NCBI GenBank assembly: GCA_965250085.1
Contig: OZ252287.1
Location: 896,001-960,000 of the forward strand
Direction of reading: 5' to 3'
DNA: 64,000 nucleotides
DNA from: Candidatus Altimarinota bacterium
GTDB lineage: Bacteria; Patescibacteriota; Gracilibacteria; CAIRYL01
Of this stretch, positions 57,836 to 64,000 are shown piece by piece (the stretch's first letter is position 1; each line of letters opens with the position of its first letter). The notes under the pieces are model-generated. The model made no database searches and was not told the DNA's origin. It worked only from the letters and a program-made list of their open reading frames with translations. Position numbers and translations under genes: made by a program.

Positions 57836-59665
57836 ATGACTCCTGAAGAAGAAAAAAACGTGTTTCTCGAATCACTCAAAAAAGGACAAGAAGCCTCCGA
57901 AGGTCAAAGCCAAGGAAGAAAGAAAAAAGGGCTTTCCGGAATAGCGCTGTTTGCAACGTTGTTTTTGCTGTTTCTTCTGGTGATCACTCTCCTGATCTTC
58001 ATTATTTCTATTGGAGGGGCTAATAATCCTATTCTGCAGAGCTTTGGAATCGACAGCGCAGAGGTCAAAGAGTTTCTCAAGTCACTGGTCAATTGGGTTT
58101 TTGGTGCGCTGACAATTCTCTTGCTCCTGCTCTTCTCCATAGGGCTCTTTCGTGCTATTTCTGCCAAAAAAGAAGAAAAACAAAAAAGGAGAAGATCACT
58201 TCTTTTTGGAGTGGTGTGTGGAGGGCTCATTTTTGCAGTAGTTCTCGCATGGCTTGGTATGTTTACGTACATTACGAACTTGCCAGAGCCAGACTTGGCA
58301 GAAAAATACAAAATTCAGGCTATGAATATGAATGTGACAGACTCCATTACCGCTCCCGCAACACTTTCTTTTTCCGCAGGAGATATTGAAGAAATACTCA
58401 GGCAGCAGGGAAGAAAAGTACAACGATTTTTATGGGACAAAGAAGGGGATGGTATTTTTGAAATCGATAATGGAAAGGATCCCAATATCGATCTGTATTT
58501 CTCTGACCAAGGCCGACAAACGATAGCTCTTCTTGTGGAGCTCGAAAATGGAGAAACAGAAAAATTTCAAATCGCATTCAACATTTCCCAAGTTGTATTT
58601 GAAGCTCTTCCATCTTCAGGAGAAGTCCCTCTCACAGTTGAATTTAACGCCTCTGAAGTTACCAGGGACTTAGCAGTGAGAACATATGAATGGGATTTTG
58701 AAGGAACAGGGGAATACGAGTCTTCATCAAGCCCAAAAACAATTCATACATTTGAAACAATAGGAATTTTTCCAGTAAAACTCAGAGTGATTTTACAAGA
58801 CGATCGTGTAAAAAACTTTGAGAGGGAAGTTACTGTTCTCGGATCACTCTCTGAAGACACAACAAATGCCCCTTCTCTTTTTATGACTACAAATCCAAGA
58901 GCAGACGATCAGGGAAGGATACGAGCAGAAAAAAGTCCATTACTCGTATCTTTTGATGCTACGAAAACAACAGATGCAGAAGATGATATTGTTTCCTTCG
59001 AGTGGGACTTTACGGGAGACGGTATTCCAGATGCATATGGAGAAAAAGCAGAGTACGAATTTATTACCTCGGGCACTTTTGCCGTAACCCTCACAGTTAT
59101 CGACGCAAAAGAGAACAGAAGTACAAAAGAGATTTTGGTCATTACCCAAAAAGATGCTGTATCAGCAATTATTCTTGCAACCCCAGAAACAGGGGCTGCG
59201 CCGCTCACCATAGAGTTTGATGGTTCACATTCCACATGTGGAGACGAATGCCACATTCTTTCTTATGAATGGAATTTTAATGACGGAACACCAGTCCAAG
59301 TAACAGGAGCACACACGACTCACACGTATACCAAGGTAGGAACATTCTCAGTGCAACTTAAAGTGACGACTGACAGTGGAGAAACAGCCGAAGGAGAAAA
59401 AATTGTAGCCGTTCGTGTTCCACCGTTAAGCGCCTGCTTTACTTCTAGCAGGATTCAAGGAACTGCGCCATTGACCATTACATTCCAAGATTGTTCTGAG
59501 GGAACGACTTCTTTCTGGAAATGGGACTTTGGAGATGGCTTCCTTTCCGAGGAACAAGCACCTACGCACGTATTCCAGGACTCAGGAGAATACACAGTGA
59601 TTCTTTCTATTACAAATGAGAATGGGACTACTTCCCAAGCGTCAGAAAATATTACAGCGCAGTAG
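57836..59665 (+). CDS. Membrane-anchored PKD-repeat protein
   Basis: 3 TM then about 5 repeats of PLTV.F...YEWDF.DG...H.F...G.F.V.L.V. Confidence 0.88.
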   Translation: MTPEEEKNVFLESLKKGQEASEGQSQGRKKKGLSGIALFATLFLLFLLVITLLIFIISIGGANNPILQSFGIDSAEVKEFLKSLVNWVFGALTILLLLLFSIGLFRAISAKKEEKQKRRRSLLFGVVCGGLIFAVVLAWLGMFTYITNLPEPDLAEKYKIQAMNMNVTDSITAPATLSFSAGDIEEILRQQGRKVQRFLWDKEGDGIFEIDNGKDPNIDLYFSDQGRQTIALLVELENGETEKFQIAFNISQVVFEALPSSGEVPLTVEFNASEVTRDLAVRTYEWDFEGTGEYESSSSPKTIHTFETIGIFPVKLRVILQDDRVKNFEREVTVLGSLSEDTTNAPSLFMTTNPRADDQGRIRAEKSPLLVSFDATKTTDAEDDIVSFEWDFTGDGIPDAYGEKAEYEFITSGTFAVTLTVIDAKENRSTKEILVITQKDAVSAIILATPETGAAPLTIEFDGSHSTCGDECHILSYEWNFNDGTPVQVTGAHTTHTYTKVGTFSVQLKVTTDSGETAEGEKIVAVRVPPLSACFTSSRIQGTAPLTITFQDCSEGTTSFWKWDFGDGFLSEEQAPTHVFQDSGEYTVILSITNENGTTSQASENITAQ

Positions 59666-59716
59666 AGCTCTCAATATTTACAAATAACTTCTTTAAAAAA
59701 TCTTATATTTATTTTT

Positions 59717-59827
59717 ATGAATAAAAAAACGCAAAAAGCCATGGTAATGACACTCGCCCTTCTTTCTATTCTTGCCCTTCTGGGAAGTGTAATACTCCCG
59801 TTCCTTCCAATTGCGACTGGAAATTAG
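59717..59827 (+). CDS. 36-aa single-TM small protein
   Basis: MNKKTQKAMVMTLALLSILALLGSVILPFLPIATGN*; below the ORF-track cutoff. Confidence 0.6.
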   Translation: MNKKTQKAMVMTLALLSILALLGSVILPFLPIATGN

Positions 59828-59921
59828 GCTTTTTACCTCGAAACATTTAAATTTTCTCAACTTCAGAAAATAGAATCTCTGATTTTAAAACGTGGAACAA
59901 TGATATATCTCAGGATAATTA

Positions 59922-59998
59922 TGGGGCGACCGATGGGATTCGAACCCACGACATCCGGGATCACAACCCGACGTTCTAACCCCTGAACTACGGTCGCC
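59922..59998 (-). tRNA. tRNA-His(GTG)
   Basis: G-1 plus GCGACCG acceptor, TCGGG-TTGTGAT-CCCGG anticodon arm, GGTTCGAATCC, C73 and CCA. Confidence 0.96.
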
Positions 59999-60168
59999 AC
60001 AATACAATAGGTATAAAGCCAAGAAAGTTTAGTGATTCAATATTGAAAATGCAAGATTCAATTTTGGATTTTTTATTTCACATCTTTTTATGTGTGAGAA
60101 AAAGAACAAAGTTGATACGTACATAGCAGAGAGTCTTGCAAATGGGAATTATTTGTCCATAATATCTG

Positions 60169-60741
60169 ATGATGGAAGCAGAGCATATTATCGGTGAGCA
60201 TGTTTTACAAAATGCTCAAGAAGGAGATCAGGAAGCTTTTGAAGAAATTTTTGAAGCTTTTCTCGCTCCCATTTATAGATTCGTTCTTTTTCGAATTGAT
60301 GACATAGAAAATGCAGAAAAACTAACAGAAGAAATTTTTCTCACCATATGGAAAAGGATTAAAAGATTCAAAAAAGACGGAAAAGCACCTTTTGCAGTAT
60401 GGGTATTTCAGATAGCACATAAAAAAATAGTAAACTTTCTAGAAAGAGTAAAAAAAACAAGCCCTGAAAGACAACAGTTTTTAGAAGAAAGTAAAAGAAA
60501 AAAAAGGGAAGAATTAGAAAGAATCTCTTTCGAGGAACAAGAAAAAAGCATGTTGTCTCGGGCACTTGCAAAAACCCCTTCATCTCAAGCAGAGGCAGTT
60601 ATTCTCAAGTATTTTTGTGGGCTTACCAATGAAGACATTGGAATGATTCTTGAAAAAACAAGTGGAGCCGTCCGAATATTACAATCCAGAGGACTCAAAA
60701 AACTAAGAGAAGCATTTGAAGAAGAAGGTCAGGTAACTTAG
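60169..60741 (+). CDS. ECF RNA polymerase sigma factor
   Basis: AQEGDQEAFEEI, AEKLTEEIFL..W, region 4 GLTNEDIG..GAVRILQSRGLKKLR. Confidence 0.9.
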   Translation: MMEAEHIIGEHVLQNAQEGDQEAFEEIFEAFLAPIYRFVLFRIDDIENAEKLTEEIFLTIWKRIKRFKKDGKAPFAVWVFQIAHKKIVNFLERVKKTSPERQQFLEESKRKKREELERISFEEQEKSMLSRALAKTPSSQAEAVILKYFCGLTNEDIGMILEKTSGAVRILQSRGLKKLREAFEEEGQVT

Positions 60742-60756
60742 GAAACATAAATTCTT

Positions 60757-62637
60757 ATGGAAAATTCTTCCGCGTCACTTGAACGGCGACTCTATGAAGG
60801 AAGACACGTTGTTCCTTCAGAGAAATTCCGAGAATCACTAAAGGCTTTTCTCTTTTCACACATGGGAGAGGCAAATGAGGCATGGATACTTCCACTTGCT
60901 CGGAAAATAGGAGAGCAAGAAGACCTCACTCATATTAGAGATATTCTCTGGGAAAACATTGGAACACAAAAAGAATATGAAGAGCAGAGAGAAGCACTAA
61001 ATCCATTGGCACTTCTTAAAAAACCAAAAATCCAAAAAGGAATTACGGCTATCCTTTTGATCACTATCCTCATTTTTGGAGGTGGAAAATTTATACTCGG
61101 CACACAAACAGTAGGAACACATGAGACGTCTGTCGTAAGCACTTCAGAAGAAGCATTTCTTTTACAAGGATCAATTCGTGAGCAACTCACAACAAGTGCA
61201 AATCTTTTAGAAGGCGATACTTTCAGCACCAAGGAAGACACGGCAACGATTTCATTTTTTGACGGGACACTTCTTCATATGGGAAAAAATACGAGCCTTA
61301 TTTTGCAAAGAAATATCCCCCACCCCTCTTTTCCTGACACAGGAGAAATAGACCTCCTTTTAGAGGAAGGACAGATTTGGATTCAAACGAATTCAACTTC
61401 TAATCAAAGCGCAGGCGTTTCTATTATAGCTGGCGATATTGTAGTAATCCCTGAAGCTGCTACGGCTGATATTACGAAAGAAGGCAACACTGTGATGGTA
61501 AGGATATGGGAAAGGAGCGTGAATATCCTTGATCGAAAAAGTCAAAAAAGAGGGATCTTCATAGCGGGAATGAAAGCACGTTTTTCTTTAGTAGAAGAGC
61601 CCATGGTCGAATCGATACAGGGGCAAGATGAATCTGAAGAGTGGATTCGAGGAAGCAAAAATATCGAGAATCAGTATAGCATTGCATCTCGAAAAGAAAT
61701 TTTGGATTCGTACAAGAACCAAACAGGAGTACTCCCAGGCTCTATTTTCTATTTGATAAAAAGGTCACTTGAGAAAGGAAAAGAACTGAGCAACAATCCG
61801 GAAAAACAGTTCCAGAATATAGAAAAAAGATTCCAAGAAGCATTTTTGCTTTCAGAAAAATCAAGAGGAGACCTCGTGCAAAAGACACTTGCCGAAGGAG
61901 TCACATCACTGCAGTCTCTTTTAAGAGAATCTCCGGAATTTAAGCCTTTTGCACTTCATCTCTTTACAAAATTGAAGAAAGAACTTGCCTTTTTTGCAGG
62001 AGATTTACGATATACTGAGATACAAAAAGTCGTTACGGCATCAGAAGCAGAAGTATTTTCGGAAGACCCCATTTTTCTGCATCAGAATATTCTTGAATCC
62101 TTGTGGAGCATTCAATATACTTTTACGGAAAATAAAAATTATGTTCCCAAGGATGAATTTGCAAGATACACAGCACAAAAAGAACTTCTGAGAAATGCCG
62201 TTGCAAAAACTCCAGAACAAAAGAGATCTCTTTTGCAAATCAAGATTCAAGAGCTCCGACTTCTAAACTTTCTCTTTACTAGACTTTTTGCAAAGAGAGA
62301 TATTGAGAGTGGCGAAGAACGTGTTATAGAGGAAGTACTTTCTTTGACAGAAGAACAAGAAAATGTTGCACATCTCCTTTGGAATCCAAAAGCTTTTTCC
62401 AAGTCAGAAAACCCTGTATTGATTTTTGCAGAAAAAGTAGGGATATATGAAACTTTGCAGGGAAAAAAAAATCAGATAGTGCAGCTACTTAGGGAAATAG
62501 AAGACACCCCGCGGTCGCTACCTCTTCTCCACGAAATTCGAAAAGAACTTAACGATGAACTCAGGGACACCCTTACCGAAAAAATGATTGATATAATTGA
62601 AATTGAATTACAACAAACTCTTTTAGCAACAAATTAA
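60757..62637 (+). CDS. Anti-sigma-like membrane protein with FecR and DUF5667-like domains
   Basis: TM; GDTFST..ATISFFDGTLLHMGKNTSL..LEEGQIW (FecR); VLPGSIFYLIKRSLE. Confidence 0.75.
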   Translation: MENSSASLERRLYEGRHVVPSEKFRESLKAFLFSHMGEANEAWILPLARKIGEQEDLTHIRDILWENIGTQKEYEEQREALNPLALLKKPKIQKGITAILLITILIFGGGKFILGTQTVGTHETSVVSTSEEAFLLQGSIREQLTTSANLLEGDTFSTKEDTATISFFDGTLLHMGKNTSLILQRNIPHPSFPDTGEIDLLLEEGQIWIQTNSTSNQSAGVSIIAGDIVVIPEAATADITKEGNTVMVRIWERSVNILDRKSQKRGIFIAGMKARFSLVEEPMVESIQGQDESEEWIRGSKNIENQYSIASRKEILDSYKNQTGVLPGSIFYLIKRSLEKGKELSNNPEKQFQNIEKRFQEAFLLSEKSRGDLVQKTLAEGVTSLQSLLRESPEFKPFALHLFTKLKKELAFFAGDLRYTEIQKVVTASEAEVFSEDPIFLHQNILESLWSIQYTFTENKNYVPKDEFARYTAQKELLRNAVAKTPEQKRSLLQIKIQELRLLNFLFTRLFAKRDIESGEERVIEEVLSLTEEQENVAHLLWNPKAFSKSENPVLIFAEKVGIYETLQGKKNQIVQLLREIEDTPRSLPLLHEIRKELNDELRDTLTEKMIDIIEIELQQTLLATN

Positions 62638-62649
62638 GCACTCATATTT

Positions 62650-64000
62650 ATGAAAAGATTTGCAGATGTCATCGTAACAGGCACTGAGCAAAAAATTGCT
62701 CAAGAAATCATCACTACTCTTCTGAGAGAAGGAAAAGATTGGAATGCAAAAGATATTGAAGAACTTAAAAGCAGATGTACCCGAGGGAATGATATCTCTA
62801 GTTTATCCAATATGAAGATTCTCAAAAGCTATCGTCATCTTATCGCTACCAAGCAAATCCCGGAAACTCCATGGCTCCAAAAAAAACTCCGCAAAAGATC
62901 TATCCGTACTCTTTCCGGCATTGCTCCGATTACGGTACTCACCAAGCCATTTGCGTGCCCTGGTAGATGTGTCTATTGCCCGACGGAGCGTGCTTCAAAA
63001 GATGGGAAGACACTGTTTGAACTCGACTCGGAGAAAAAATATGGAAAACAAAATGTACCCAAAAAGTATAAACGCCCTGGGGCACTTGTCATGCCCAAAA
63101 GTTATATTTCTTCAGAACCAGCAGCAATGAGAGCACTTCTGAACTCATTTGACCCTTGGAAACAAGTCACAAACCGTTTGCAATCCCTGAGAGATACTGG
63201 ACATGAAACCGATAAGTGCGAACTTATTGTGCTGGGAGGAACATTTTCTTTTCTTCCCAAGCGGTATCAAAACTGGTTTGTCAAAAGATGCCTGCAGGCG
63301 ATGAATGGAGACAACACATCTCGCATTCAAAGGAAGACTGTTCAAAAACAAAATGAAGGAGCTGCACATCGATCTATCGGTATTGTGCTGGAAACACGGC
63401 CAGATCATATGGATGAAAATGAAGCACGTCGATTTCGATATATGGGATGTACTCGAGTAGAAATGGGAGTACAAACTCTCAACGACACTGTTTCTGAATA
63501 CACAAAGCGTGGCCACGGAAAGGCAGAAGCAGCGAGAGCTACAAAAATACTCCGCGATGCGGGATATAAAATCTGCCACCATATGATGCCAGGACTCCCC
63601 GGAAGCACTCCCCAAATAGACAGAGAAAGTTTTCATGAACTCTACACATCCTCAGATTTTAAGCCTGATTATCTCAAGATTTATCCCTGCTTGGTTACAC
63701 CTTATTCCGAACTGGAAAAATGGCATCGGGACGGCAAATTTGTCCCCCAAACAGAAAAAGATCTCATTCCTCTTTTACTCGACATCAAAGCCATGACTCC
63801 GCCATGGGTGCGCATTACTCGTTTGATTCGAGATATTCCTCGCACTGCTATCCTTGGAGGATCCAAAACCACAAATTTACGTCAGAATTTGGCAGAGATA
63901 TGTAAAAAACGAGGAACACTTTGCCAATGTATTCGGTGTCGGGAAATCCGAGATGATACTTTTGACCCAGATCAGGTGCGACTCAAAAGGATTGATTATG
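62650..64000 (+). CDS. Elp3 radical-SAM/acetyltransferase tRNA U34 modification enzyme (3' end outside window)
   Basis: Read from DNA: MKRFADV...IRTLSGIAPITVLTKPFACPGRCVYCP, MPKSY, GGTF, ETRPD, HMMPGLPG, KIYP, CIRCREI. Confidence 0.93.
   Translation, partial: MKRFADVIVTGTEQKIAQEIITTLLREGKDWNAKDIEELKSRCTRGNDISSLSNMKILKSYRHLIATKQIPETPWLQKKLRKRSIRTLSGIAPITVLTKPFACPGRCVYCPTERASKDGKTLFELDSEKKYGKQNVPKKYKRPGALVMPKSYISSEPAAMRALLNSFDPWKQVTNRLQSLRDTGHETDKCELIVLGGTFSFLPKRYQNWFVKRCLQAMNGDNTSRIQRKTVQKQNEGAAHRSIGIVLETRPDHMDENEARRFRYMGCTRVEMGVQTLNDTVSEYTKRGHGKAEAARATKILRDAGYKICHHMMPGLPGSTPQIDRESFHELYTSSDFKPDYLKIYPCLVTPYSELEKWHRDGKFVPQTEKDLIPLLLDIKAMTPPWVRITRLIRDIPRTAILGGSKTTNLRQNLAEICKKRGTLCQCIRCREIRDDTFDPDQVRLKRIDY

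Noticed and set aside
1-64000. Alternative genetic code (UGA=Gly, as in Gracilibacteria)
   Set aside because: Long conserved genes have no internal TGA, and several (dprA, ftsE, pyrK) end at TGA at the expected position

Overview
Bacterial chromosome segment in standard genetic code 11. Gene content (VirB2/TrbC-like pilins, baseplate-J-like protein, PKD protein, Elp3, DUF378) suggests Patescibacteria/CPR, Peregrinibacteria-like; this is inference. Housekeeping genes include ung, pyrG, dnaN, mfd, purM, dprA, comM, truB, ftsK, tRNA-Leu(CAG) and tRNA-His. A sharp T-rich to A-rich strand switch just upstream of dnaN marks a candidate replication origin near 16.1 kb. The main feature is a ~14.3 kb polymorphic toxin locus (26860-41167, minus strand). 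It holds a 2456-aa signal-peptide-bearing SpvB/YD/RHS protein with an alpha/beta-hydrolase tip, followed by orphan toxin-tip/immunity cassettes. Most cassette junctions coincide with the hairpin ends of a REP-associated HUH tyrosine transposase (RAYT) element. The element occurs as one full copy, a 5' partial, an internally deleted mini-copy, an empty end-to-end doublet, and a 5' stub fused in frame to a toxin cassette. This suggests RAYT/REP-driven capture or shuffling of RHS toxin cassettes. Other leads are short palindromes and heptamer repeats embedded in frame in the RHS gene, a ~550-nt promoter-to-terminator structured ncRNA candidate upstream of comM, a DGR-target-like gene with no RT in the window, and a pore-less voltage-sensor/PH-domain fusion. 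All calls come from reading motifs by eye; no database searches were run.
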